From the NCBI GenBank assembly GCA_050251055.1, contig JBFWNL010000006.1, positions 208,528-272,527 of the forward strand: a stretch of DNA of 64,000 nucleotides, written 5' to 3'. Source of the DNA: Bacteriovoracia bacterium. Its GTDB lineage: Bacteria; Bdellovibrionota; UBA1018; JBFWNL01. The notes below the pieces were generated by a model. It was not told the origin of the DNA, searched no databases, and saw nothing but the letters and a program-made list of their open reading frames with translations. Within the stretch, counting starts at the first letter, position 1, and every line of letters starts with the position of its first letter. This document shows, one piece after another, positions 47,514 to 57,096 of the stretch. The translations under genes were made by a program, and so were the position numbers.

Positions 47514-49441
47514 ACCGCCGCATGCGCTTCATGACCCTCATCCCCCGATCCGCGTTGATAGTCGCCGCTTCCTTAGCGGCGATCGGAACGTTTCCGGGCG
47601 CGATCTCCCCCGCCCATGCGGAGGGGAGCGTGAATTTTTCCGCTACCGTCGACAAGCAAGAGATCCCGCAGGACGAATCCATCTCGCTAAAACTGACGGT
47701 CGAGATCGAAGGCGCGAGTCTTTCGGTGGGCGAGCCGGAGTTCCGCTCCCCGGGGTTGGAAGAGCTCAATAGCTACCAAAATCAGTTTTTCCAATCCTAT
47801 TACGAAAACGGAAAGTTCGGCGCTCGCAATACGCGCACGGTGACCAAGGTCTTGCGGGCGAGCCGCCCCGGAAACTACACGATTAGCGGAATCCAGATTC
47901 GGGTAAACGGCCAAGCCTATACGGCGCCTAATATCACCGTGAAGGTGACGCCGCCGGGGCAGGGCACGCCGACCCCGCGCAACTACGGCGGGGGCATGGG
48001 TCTGCGCGGCACGGGAAAGCGATACAGCGGCGTGAACTTCCTGTTGCGCGCGGAAACGAGCAAAGCCAAGCCTTACAAGGGCGAGCAGATCATCGTCAGC
48101 TACTATCTCTACAAGAAGGTGAACCTGTTCAATCCGGTCGTGAAATCCTATCCCACCCTGAATGGTTTCCTCCGGGAAGAGCTCGAGATGCCCATTGTCT
48201 CGGGCATGAGCCAGGGCCAGCAAGTGGTGATGGATGGGGTTCCCTACGTGCGGACGTTGCTCCTTCGTTATGCGGCGTATCCTCTTAAAGAAGGCAAGCT
48301 CACGATCGATTCCCTGCAGATGAACGCCAACTATTACGTCAACGAGCGCGGCGGCGAGGACGACGAGGACATGTTCAACCAGTTCTTCCGCCAGTTGACG
48401 CCGAAGGTGGCGCATATGCGCAGCGAGCCCGTCACCGTCGAGGTTCAACCTTTGCCACCGGGCAAGCCGGCATCCTTCACGGGCGGCGTGGGGAATTTCG
48501 ACGTGGTCTCGGCCGTGGATAAGTACGACACGAAGGTGAATGAGCCCGTGACCCTCACGGTGAAGGTGGAGGGCAAAGGCAACGTTTCCGCGATCGAGGC
48601 CCCGAATCCCCGGTGGCCCGACTCCATCCAGCTCTACGAATCCAAGGGGCAGGCGAAGACCGGAAGTGGCGGCGTGGGCCAGAAGGTTTTCGAGTTTCTG
48701 CTGATCCCTAGCCAGGAGGGCAAGATCGCGCTTCCTCCGCTCGAGTTTAGCTTTTTCGATCCCGAGCGGCAGGAGTACGTGACGAAGTCGACGCAGGCGA
48801 TCGAGATCAACGCCGGCCCGGCCGCGCCCGGTTCGCAGCCCGTGGGGGTGGCAAGCAAGCGCCCGTCGGCGCCAGGCGCCGGCAAGGTCGCGGACACCCA
48901 ATGGAAAGACATTCGTTACCTAAAACCCCCCGGCTCGGAGACGAGCGGATTTTACGGCCTGCCCTTTTGGCGCTGGACCTATTGGCTGGCTACGGCGGCG
49001 TTCTTGGCGTTCTTTGCTTGGGTGGGCTGGGATCTCCTGCAGAAAAATCGCGGATTCATTCCCGCGCTCGCTCGTACGACGAAGCGGGCGGGAGCTAGCG
49101 ACGGAAGCTGGAAGGCATTGCAAGATCTGGCGGTTTCCGCCCGTGGGGGGATGGCTTGGAAGGACGTCACCCGGGCCTACGAATCGCTGTCCAATGCGTT
49201 GCTCGACCGAATCGAAGCGAAGTACCCGGTGGGGGCGCGTTCGCTCGCGCGCTCGGACCTGCGCCGGCTTTTGGTCGACGAAAACCGCATGAACGAAGCG
49301 CTGTGGCGCCGGATCAGCACCCTGCTCGAGACCGCGGAAGCCATTCAGTACGCCGGCTCGATGCCGGGGATGGAAAAGCAGGCCCGCGAGCAGCTCACGC
49401 AGTGGGTCAGCGAAGCGGAAAGAATTTCTTCTGCCCTTTGA
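47510..49441 (+). CDS. batD: BatD family protein
   Basis: ATVDK, YKGEQI, VQPLP..FTGGVGNF, VEGKGN, FSFFDP; late TM helix. Confidence 0.88.
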   Translation: MNRRMRFMTLIPRSALIVAASLAAIGTFPGAISPAHAEGSVNFSATVDKQEIPQDESISLKLTVEIEGASLSVGEPEFRSPGLEELNSYQNQFFQSYYENGKFGARNTRTVTKVLRASRPGNYTISGIQIRVNGQAYTAPNITVKVTPPGQGTPTPRNYGGGMGLRGTGKRYSGVNFLLRAETSKAKPYKGEQIIVSYYLYKKVNLFNPVVKSYPTLNGFLREELEMPIVSGMSQGQQVVMDGVPYVRTLLLRYAAYPLKEGKLTIDSLQMNANYYVNERGGEDDEDMFNQFFRQLTPKVAHMRSEPVTVEVQPLPPGKPASFTGGVGNFDVVSAVDKYDTKVNEPVTLTVKVEGKGNVSAIEAPNPRWPDSIQLYESKGQAKTGSGGVGQKVFEFLLIPSQEGKIALPPLEFSFFDPERQEYVTKSTQAIEINAGPAAPGSQPVGVASKRPSAPGAGKVADTQWKDIRYLKPPGSETSGFYGLPFWRWTYWLATAAFLAFFAWVGWDLLQKNRGFIPALARTTKRAGASDGSWKALQDLAVSARGGMAWKDVTRAYESLSNALLDRIEAKYPVGARSLARSDLRRLLVDENRMNEALWRRISTLLETAEAIQYAGSMPGMEKQAREQLTQWVSEAERISSAL

Positions 49442-49452
49442 GTCTTGGGGCA

Positions 49453-49481
49453 TTGATCTTTCATCGCCGGTCATCTATAAA
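49453..49481 (+). promoter_or_regulatory. sigma70-type promoter of GSIII gene
   Basis: TTGATC-17bp-TATAAA. Confidence 0.55.
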
Positions 49482-49611
49482 AGAGTTCCGTGGGAGATCA
49501 CTTCTTTCAATGTGAGATCAGCCGGATTCTTCAGGCCGATCCTCCCCCCGCCGCTTCCCGTCTTCGTTTTTTTAAAAAGCCATTAATATCAATAACTAAG
49601 GAGATCTCAAA

Positions 49612-51840
49612 ATGAGCATGGGCGCCAGTTCACAAGCACGGTTTCAAGCCATTCGCGAATTGACCACGCGTACGCCTCGGGCCTTCGAAGTCGCGACCGA
49701 CAAGACCGGCCGGCCCCTCAAGGTTTCCGAGTACTTCGGGATGAATACCTTCAACCTCGATAAGATGAAGACCAAGCTTCCGAAAGATGTTTTCGAGAAG
49801 CTCGCCTCGACGATCGAAATGAGCAAACCGCTCGACGCCGAAATCGCGGCCGCGGTCGCGCACGCCGTTCATGATTGGGCGATTTCCCAAGGCGTCACGC
49901 ATTTTTGTCACTGGTTCCAGCCGCAGACCGGCTCTACCGCTGAGAAGCACGACGCGTTTTTGACCTTCGACGACGACATGAAGCCCATCGAGAAGTTCTC
50001 GGGCTCGCAGCTCATCCAAAGCGAGCCGGATGCCTCGAGTTTTCCTTCGGGCGGCATGCGCACGACCTTCGAGGCCCGCGGCTACACCGCTTGGGATCCG
50101 TCTAGCCCGATGTTCATCGTGGAAGGCACGAACGGCAAAACGCTCTGCATCCCGTCGGTGTTCATCAGCTACCACGGTGACGCGCTCGACGAAAAGACCG
50201 GCCTCATGCGTTCGATCGAAGTGCTCTCGCAGAAGGCGACCGAGCTTTTGCACGTAATCGGCAACAAAAACGCCAAGCGCGTGATCCCGACCCTGGGCTG
50301 CGAGCAGGAGTATTTCCTGATCGACCGCGCGTTCTACAATCTGCGGCCCGACCTGGTGATGGCCGGCCGGACGCTCGTGGGTGGCAAGCCCCCGCGCGGC
50401 CAGCAGCTCGAAGATCACTACTTCGGCAGCATCCCTAGCCGCGTGTTGGCGTACATGGCGGAGATGGAGTTCGAACTCTTTAAGCTTGGCGTGCCGGTAA
50501 AAACCCGTCACAACGAAGTGGCCCCGAGCCAGTTCGAAACCGCGCCGATCTTCGAGGAAGCGAACGTGGCCACCGACCACAACCAGCTGGTGATGGAAGT
50601 GCTGCGCCGGGTGGCCAAGCGCCACGCCTTCGAATGCCTCATGCACGAGAAGCCGTTTGCGGGCTTGAACGGGAGCGGAAAGCACTGCAATTGGTCGCTT
50701 TCCATCACGGCGAGCGGATCGGACCTCAACGGCACGAACTTGCTCAATCCGGGTAAGACTCCCCAAGCGAACCTGCGCTTCTTGACCTTCCTGTGCGCCA
50801 CTATTAAAGGCGTGCATAAGCACGGCGGGTTGCTTCGCTCCGGGATCGCCTCCAGCGGCAATGATCACCGCTTGGGCGCCAACGAAGCTCCGCCCGCGAT
50901 TATATCCGTATTTTTGGGCGACATGCTGAGCAAGATCCTGGACGAAATCGAAAAAGGCACCGAGTTCGAGAGCGACACGGAAGAAAAGGTCGTGCGCTTG
51001 GGCGTGGGCCGCTTACCCAACGTGATGAAGGACAATACGGACCGTAACCGCACTTCGCCTTTCGCGTTTACCGGCAATAAGTTCGAGTTTCGCGCGGTGG
51101 GAGCATCAATGTCGCCGGCGTTCCCCGTGACATTGCTCAACGCGGCGGTAGCCGACGGAATCGCCGAGATCACGCAATCGATTCAGGCGAAACTCAAGTC
51201 CGCGAAGAGTCTGGAGGCCGCCATTCTCGACGTGCTCAAGCAGACAATCAAGGAAACCAAGGCCGTGCGTTTCGAAGGGAATAACTATTCGGAAGAATGG
51301 CAGAAGGAAGCCGAACGTCGCGGGTTGCCAAACCTGCGCAAGACGCCGGAATCGCTCGAACAGATGATTACGCCGGCCTCTAAGAAGATGCTCGAGAGCA
51401 TGGGGATTTTCACCGAGGCCGAGATCATCTCTCGCTATAAGGTCCGTAATGAGCGCTACCTAAAGAATTTGCTCATCGAGATCGATTCCTTGCGCGCGAT
51501 GATCGACACCCAGGTGCTCCCGGCGACGTACGCCTATCACGGGGTTTTGCTAAACGCGGTGGCCGCGGCGAAGACGGCGGGCATGAACGCACCGCAGACG
51601 GACGGCATGAACAAGCTTTCCACCATGATCAGCTCCTTGCAAACCAAGCGGGCGACGCTCGACAAGCTCATGGATAAGGTCGAGAGCATGAAGGATGAGG
51701 AAGCCGAAGCAAAGTTCATATCGACGGACGTCACGCCGGTGATGGAAGACATTCGCCTCGTATGCAATGAGCTTGAAACCATGGTGGCAGACGATTTCTG
51801 GCCGTTGCCGAAGTATCGCGAAATGCTGTTTTTGAGCTGA
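49612..51840 (+). CDS. glnN: Glutamine synthetase type III
   Basis: HWFQP..AEKHD, EPDASSFPSGG.RTTFEARGYTAWD, HEKPFAGLNGSGKH, TDRNRTSPFAFTGNKFEFR, WPLPKY. Confidence 0.96.
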   Translation: MSMGASSQARFQAIRELTTRTPRAFEVATDKTGRPLKVSEYFGMNTFNLDKMKTKLPKDVFEKLASTIEMSKPLDAEIAAAVAHAVHDWAISQGVTHFCHWFQPQTGSTAEKHDAFLTFDDDMKPIEKFSGSQLIQSEPDASSFPSGGMRTTFEARGYTAWDPSSPMFIVEGTNGKTLCIPSVFISYHGDALDEKTGLMRSIEVLSQKATELLHVIGNKNAKRVIPTLGCEQEYFLIDRAFYNLRPDLVMAGRTLVGGKPPRGQQLEDHYFGSIPSRVLAYMAEMEFELFKLGVPVKTRHNEVAPSQFETAPIFEEANVATDHNQLVMEVLRRVAKRHAFECLMHEKPFAGLNGSGKHCNWSLSITASGSDLNGTNLLNPGKTPQANLRFLTFLCATIKGVHKHGGLLRSGIASSGNDHRLGANEAPPAIISVFLGDMLSKILDEIEKGTEFESDTEEKVVRLGVGRLPNVMKDNTDRNRTSPFAFTGNKFEFRAVGASMSPAFPVTLLNAAVADGIAEITQSIQAKLKSAKSLEAAILDVLKQTIKETKAVRFEGNNYSEEWQKEAERRGLPNLRKTPESLEQMITPASKKMLESMGIFTEAEIISRYKVRNERYLKNLLIEIDSLRAMIDTQVLPATYAYHGVLLNAVAAAKTAGMNAPQTDGMNKLSTMISSLQTKRATLDKLMDKVESMKDEEAEAKFISTDVTPVMEDIRLVCNELETMVADDFWPLPKYREMLFLS

Positions 51841-51857
51841 TTCCGATTTGTTTTACG

Positions 51858-51890
51858 GGCCGGGTGCCTTCAAGCATCCGGCCTTTTTTT
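51858..51890 (+). terminator. Rho-independent terminator
   Basis: GGCCGGGTGC-CTTCAA-GCATCCGGCC followed by a T run. Confidence 0.85.
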
Positions 51891-51943
51891 GTTTTTGGAG
51901 ATCGGGATTTGCTCGAAAGCCGCCAGGGTGGTAAAAGCCTGGC

Positions 51944-52936
51944 ATGCGCATTTTTCGCGGCATCTCTGAATTCACTCCCGACGGCGCGCATTCGATCGTC
52001 ACGATCGGTAATTTCGATGGCTTTCATCTCGGTCATCGCCAAATCGTTCAAACCGCGCTTAGCCGGGCCCGCGCGCTCGGGCTAACTTCCATTGCCTACA
52101 CCTTTAAGCCGCATCCGCAGATCGCGTTGCGACCAGAAAAAAATATTCGATTACTCACCACTTATGCCGAAAAGCTCGATCTACTGGCCGCCACTGGCCT
52201 GGACTGCGTGATTGAGGAACCGTTCAGTCGCGAGTTCTCGAGCCTCGATGCCGCCACTTTTTTTCGTGACTACTTGATTCGGCGGTTACAGGCGAAGGCG
52301 ATCGTCGTGGGTTATGACTTCGGTTTCGGGCGCGACCGCCAAGGTCAGAAAGAGCAACTAGAAAAGCTTTGCCGCGACAACGGGGTTGAACTCACGGTGG
52401 TGCCACCCTTTCGTCCGGCCGTCGACGGTGGGGCCGAAGGCGCAGTCGTGGTTTCCAGCTCGCAGATCCGTTCGCTCATCGTGCAAGGGAATGTGCCGGA
52501 GGCGAACCGCTTGCTGGGTTACGATTATTTTTACCGAGGTACCGTGACCCGCGGCGATTCACGCGGCAACCGCCTGGGGTTTCCGACGGCGAATTTCCGG
52601 ATCGAGGAGAAGGTTTCGCTCCCCTTCGGGGTTTACGCTACGATCACTCGGGTATTGAATGGCGAGCGGGCTGGCACTTACGGCAGTGTAACCAATATTG
52701 GCGTACGTCCGACCTTCAACCCCGGAGCGGGCAGGCCCGAGGATGGCGTGGTGGAAACGCACCTACTCGCCGATCCGGTGGATACTCAGATTGATCTCTA
52801 CGGTCGGAAGATCGAAGTGGCCTTCCTGGCGCGGCTTCGCGATGAAAAAAAATTCGATGGCGTGGAATCCCTCAAGCGGCAGATCGAGGCCGATGTGGTT
52901 GAGGCGAAAAAAATACACGCGCTTCAGAAGCCGTAA
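51944..52936 (+). CDS. ribF: Bifunctional riboflavin kinase/FAD synthetase
   Basis: IGNFDGFHLGH, VGYDFGFG, SSSQIR, LGFPTAN, NIGVRPT, ETH, LRDEKKF. Confidence 0.96.
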   Translation: MRIFRGISEFTPDGAHSIVTIGNFDGFHLGHRQIVQTALSRARALGLTSIAYTFKPHPQIALRPEKNIRLLTTYAEKLDLLAATGLDCVIEEPFSREFSSLDAATFFRDYLIRRLQAKAIVVGYDFGFGRDRQGQKEQLEKLCRDNGVELTVVPPFRPAVDGGAEGAVVVSSSQIRSLIVQGNVPEANRLLGYDYFYRGTVTRGDSRGNRLGFPTANFRIEEKVSLPFGVYATITRVLNGERAGTYGSVTNIGVRPTFNPGAGRPEDGVVETHLLADPVDTQIDLYGRKIEVAFLARLRDEKKFDGVESLKRQIEADVVEAKKIHALQKP

Positions 52937-52940
52937 CGTC

Positions 52941-53026
52941 GCCGAAAAATTGTCGAGTATCCATGGTCAGTCAAAAAACTGACCGCAGATTGTTCGTTGC
53001 CAATAATTGTCACTCCCGTCTAAAAT
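52941..53026 (+). promoter_or_regulatory. pilB promoter with three FleQ-like boxes
   Basis: GCCGAAAAATTGTC (52941), GTCAAAAAACTGAC (52970), GCCAATAATTGTC (52999); TTGCCA-18bp-TAAAAT. Confidence 0.5.
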
Positions 53027-53070
53027 AGAAGTTCAAGCAGTGAGTGGACCTACCTAAGGATGGGGAGGAA

Positions 53071-54780
53071 ATGTCCAAGAAACTCGCCGAGCTACTGGTT
53101 AAGGACAGGATCGTCCAACCGGAGCAATTCAAACAAGCCGATGACGCCATACGAGCTCGCCAAACGGAGAGCTACGTGCGTTACTTCATCGAGAATCGTT
53201 TCCTCTCCGAATCGAAGCTCCTTTACTACTTAAGCCAGAAGTTTGGTTTGCCCAGCATCAATCTCGACAAATTCGAAATTAAACCCGACGTCGTTAACCT
53301 CGTGCCTACCGATCTGATTCGTCGCGTGCACGCGGTGCCGATCCAGTCCAACAAGGGTACGCTCGTCGTGGCGATCTGCGACCCATCCGTCCTTCCGGAG
53401 TTAGAAGGGCTCAAGTTCAAACTGAAGATGAACGTCGAGGCGGTGCTTACGACGTATAGCGCGTTCGACGGCGCTTTACGCAAATATTATGGCGGGGTGG
53501 CGCTGCTGGGCGCCGCGATCGATACTTTCAAAAAGGAAACATCTAAAGATAAAGAAACCCGTAACGAGATCGAGCTCGTCGAAGTTCACAACATCGATTC
53601 GGGCACCACGGCCGACGATGGGCCCGTGATTACGGCCGTGAATAGTATTCTGGGGGAGGCGATCAAGCGGGGCGCTTCCGATATTCACGTTGAGCCTTAC
53701 GAGAAAGCCTTTCGCGTGCGGATGCGCGTGGACGGATCCTTGATTGAGGTGGCTAAGTTTCCGCTCGAGATGAAGCGCGCGCTCGTGACGCGTTTTAAGA
53801 TCATGTCTCGCATGGACATCGCCGAAACGCGCATTCCGCAGGACGGCCGCATCAAGCTCAAAAGCGGCGGCAAGGATATTGATTTTCGCGTGAACTCACT
53901 GCCCACGCTCTTCGGGGAAAAAGTCGTGCTGCGCTTGCTCGACAAGGGAAACCTGAAGCTCGATCTCATGAAGTTGGGATTCGAGACCAAGCAGCTGGAA
54001 GTCTTCAAGAAGGGGATCTACTCCGCCAACGGGATGGTGCTGGTGACCGGTCCCACGGGTAGCGGCAAGACCACGACGCTTTATTCGGCATTGACCGAGC
54101 TGAATAAGACGACCGATAACCTCTCTTCCGTCGAAGATCCCGTCGAATATAACCTGGAAGGCGTCAATCAAACCCAGGTCCATAAAGATATTGGGCTTAC
54201 GTTTGCTTCCGTGTTGCGTGCGCTCTTGCGCCAGGACCCGGACACGGTGCTGGTGGGGGAAATTCGTGATTTCGAAACGGCCGAGGTCGCGGTTCAGGCC
54301 GCTCTCACGGGTCACTTGGTGCTTTCGACGCTGCACACGAACGACGCCCCCAGCACGATTACCCGTTTAATGAACATGGGGCTTGAGCCGTTTCTGGTCA
54401 CTTCGTCGGTAAATACGATCGTGGCCCAGCGCCTCATGCGAACCGTTTGCTCGAAATGCCGTCAGGACGCGCCCGTACCCAAGGAAAAGCTCGTGGAGCT
54501 TGGCTTCACGCGCGAGGCGGCCGAGCGAATCCGACCCCAGCACGGCACGGGCTGCCAGGCTTGCAACAAAACGGGCTATAAAGGCCGGGTTGCGGTTTAT
54601 GAAGTTTTGGATTTTTCGAACACGTTAAAGGAATCGGTCTTGCGCGGGGCCTCGGCCCTGGAGTTGCGCAAGCAAGCGATTGAAGAAGGAATGAAGTCTT
54701 TGCGGATGTCCGCTCTGACGAAGATGGCCGAAGGGGCCACGACGTTGGAAGAGGCATTGTCGCTGACCATGGAGGGTTAG
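53071..54780 (+). CDS. pilB: Type IV pilus assembly ATPase PilB
   Basis: ASDIHVEP, PQDGR, TGPTGSGKTTT, LRQDPD, two CxxC motifs, GYKGR. Confidence 0.96.
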   Translation: MSKKLAELLVKDRIVQPEQFKQADDAIRARQTESYVRYFIENRFLSESKLLYYLSQKFGLPSINLDKFEIKPDVVNLVPTDLIRRVHAVPIQSNKGTLVVAICDPSVLPELEGLKFKLKMNVEAVLTTYSAFDGALRKYYGGVALLGAAIDTFKKETSKDKETRNEIELVEVHNIDSGTTADDGPVITAVNSILGEAIKRGASDIHVEPYEKAFRVRMRVDGSLIEVAKFPLEMKRALVTRFKIMSRMDIAETRIPQDGRIKLKSGGKDIDFRVNSLPTLFGEKVVLRLLDKGNLKLDLMKLGFETKQLEVFKKGIYSANGMVLVTGPTGSGKTTTLYSALTELNKTTDNLSSVEDPVEYNLEGVNQTQVHKDIGLTFASVLRALLRQDPDTVLVGEIRDFETAEVAVQAALTGHLVLSTLHTNDAPSTITRLMNMGLEPFLVTSSVNTIVAQRLMRTVCSKCRQDAPVPKEKLVELGFTREAAERIRPQHGTGCQACNKTGYKGRVAVYEVLDFSNTLKESVLRGASALELRKQAIEEGMKSLRMSALTKMAEGATTLEEALSLTMEG

Positions 54781-54781
54781 C

Positions 54782-55870
54782 ATGAGCCGTATCAATCTCC
54801 CCGCGCTACTCAAAGCGATGGTGGATCAAGGAGCGTCCGACTTGCACATCACCGTGGGCGTTCCGCCCGAGCTGCGCATCGGCGGCAAGATGGTGAAGGT
54901 GAAGACCGATCCGCTTACCGATCAGGACACCAAAGAGCTTTGCTACTCGGTGATGACCGACACCCAAAAGGCCCAATTCGAGAAGCAATACGAGATGGAT
55001 TTCTCGTTCGGGATCAAAGATTTCGCCCGTTTCCGCGCGAACATTTTTTATCAGCGGCGCCACGTGGCCGGAGTGTTCCGGCGCGTCCCGTTCATGATTC
55101 CGGACTTCGATAAGCTGGGGCTGCCCCCCATCCTACGCAAGGTGATTCAGGCTCCGAACGGCCTGGTGCTGGTTACGGGCGCCACCGGTTCAGGTAAGTC
55201 GACTTCGCTCGCGGCGATGCTCGATATCCTGAACTCCGAAGAATACGCGCACATCATTACGGTGGAAGACCCGATCGAATTCGTGCACCCCCACAAAAAC
55301 TGCGTGGTCAATCAACGCGAAGTAGGTACGGACACGAAGACGTTCTCGGACGCGTTAAAACGAATTCTGCGCCAGGACCCGGACTATGTCCTGGTCGGCG
55401 AGTTGCGCGATTTAGAGACGATCGAAATGGCGCTCACCATGGCCGAAACCGGCCACTTGGTTTTCGGTACTTTGCACACGAACAACGCCGTGCAGTCCAT
55501 CAACCGCGTGATCAACGTCTTTCCGCCGCACCAGCAGCAGCAGATTCGCCAGGTACTTTCGTTCACGCTGCAGGCCATTCTCTCGCAGCAGCTCGTGGTG
55601 AATAGCTTCCAGGGAGGTCGCTCGCTCGCGGTAGAGCTTCTGATCCCGAATATGGCGATTCGTAACCTCATTCGCGAAGACAAGTTGCACCAGATTTATT
55701 CCATGATGCAAACCGGTCAAGGCGAGACCGGCATGGTGACCATGAACCAAAGCCTCGTGAACCTCGTCAATAGCGGCGTGCTTTCCCCTGAAGACGCCAT
55801 CGGATACAGCAATATGCCGGAAGAGCTGGCCAAGCAGCTACCGGCGCCCAAAAAAAAGATGGGTAAATAG
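54782..55870 (+). CDS. pilT: Type IV pilus retraction ATPase PilT
   Basis: GASDLH, TGATGSGKST, EDPIEF, AIRNLIRE, GMVTM. Confidence 0.96.
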   Translation: MSRINLPALLKAMVDQGASDLHITVGVPPELRIGGKMVKVKTDPLTDQDTKELCYSVMTDTQKAQFEKQYEMDFSFGIKDFARFRANIFYQRRHVAGVFRRVPFMIPDFDKLGLPPILRKVIQAPNGLVLVTGATGSGKSTSLAAMLDILNSEEYAHIITVEDPIEFVHPHKNCVVNQREVGTDTKTFSDALKRILRQDPDYVLVGELRDLETIEMALTMAETGHLVFGTLHTNNAVQSINRVINVFPPHQQQQIRQVLSFTLQAILSQQLVVNSFQGGRSLAVELLIPNMAIRNLIREDKLHQIYSMMQTGQGETGMVTMNQSLVNLVNSGVLSPEDAIGYSNMPEELAKQLPAPKKKMGK

Positions 55871-55873
55871 TAG

Positions 55874-57094
55874 ATGCCGGAATATCAGTATCAAGGAGTC
55901 GATAAAGCCGGCAAACGCATTTCCGGTCGGCTAGAGGCTCCCACCGAAGGCGAATTGCGGATGATGCTCCGGGGGCAGGGCATCCGTCCGATGCGCATCT
56001 CGAAATCCGGGATGCTCAACGCCGATCTGGGCAGCATTATCCGCGGCGGGCAACTAGCCTCAGTGCCACTCCCTCAACTTGCGCTCTTTACGCGGCAGCT
56101 ACAGGTGTTGGTGGGATCCGGCATCCCGTTGGTACAGTCGCTCGAGGTCTTGGGTGACCAGGCGTCGAACCCGTCATTGAAGAAAATTCTGGCCGCCGTG
56201 CGCAGCAAGGTTTCCCAGGGTTCATTCTTGTGGGAGTCGCTCGCGTCTTACCAAACGTCGTTTCCGCGCGTCTATCTCGCGCTCATCCGCGCCGGCGAAA
56301 CTTCCGGTGCGATGGAACAAATGCTCGATCGTTTGGCTAAATACCTCGAGACTTCCGCCAAGATCAATAAGATGGTGAAGGGCGCGATGATGTATCCGTT
56401 CTTCGTGGTCATCGTCGCCGTCGGCGTGATCGCCGCTATGCTTACTTTCGTTATTCCTAAGTTTGAGACGTTGCTCTCGCAGAACGGTCAAGAGCTTCCT
56501 GGTCCAACAAAGTTCGTGATCGATGTCTCGCACGCGATCAACAACAATATTGTCGTCATTATCGGAGCCGCCATCATGGCCAGCTATATGATGGCGCGTT
56601 ACATAAAGACGGAGGAGGGGCGTGCGTTCTTGCATCGACTCATCTTTCGGATGCCTATGTTTGGAGAAATCGCAACTAAAGCAGGCGTCGCGCGATTTTC
56701 GCGCACGATGGGGACGTTGCTTTCATCTGGCGTTAACCTAATCGATGCCATCGATATCTGCCGAGTCACGGTCGATAACGTCGTACTCGAAGAAGCGATG
56801 GCGACTTTGCGGAAGGAAATTGAAACCGGAAAGACCATGGGTATGGTCTTGAATCGCATTAAAGTATTCCCAAAAATGGCCACCCAAATGGTCAGTGTCG
56901 GTGAAGCCACCGGTAATATGGAACAAATGTTGGATAAAGTAGCGGACATGTATGAGCAAGATGTCGAAACGTTGGTGGGCGGAATTAGTAAGCTAATCGA
57001 GCCGATCATCTTGGTGGTACTGGGCGGGATCGTGGCCGGCCTGATGGTGGCGATGTATCTGCCGATCTTTAAGATCGCCGGCGGGGGAGAATAA
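55874..57094 (+). CDS. pilC: Type IV pilus platform protein PilC
   Basis: FTRQL, AGETSG, AMMYP, VGEATG, IEP, AMYLPIF. Confidence 0.95.
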   Translation: MPEYQYQGVDKAGKRISGRLEAPTEGELRMMLRGQGIRPMRISKSGMLNADLGSIIRGGQLASVPLPQLALFTRQLQVLVGSGIPLVQSLEVLGDQASNPSLKKILAAVRSKVSQGSFLWESLASYQTSFPRVYLALIRAGETSGAMEQMLDRLAKYLETSAKINKMVKGAMMYPFFVVIVAVGVIAAMLTFVIPKFETLLSQNGQELPGPTKFVIDVSHAINNNIVVIIGAAIMASYMMARYIKTEEGRAFLHRLIFRMPMFGEIATKAGVARFSRTMGTLLSSGVNLIDAIDICRVTVDNVVLEEAMATLRKEIETGKTMGMVLNRIKVFPKMATQMVSVGEATGNMEQMLDKVADMYEQDVETLVGGISKLIEPIILVVLGGIVAGLMVAMYLPIFKIAGGGE

Positions 57095-57096
57095 AA

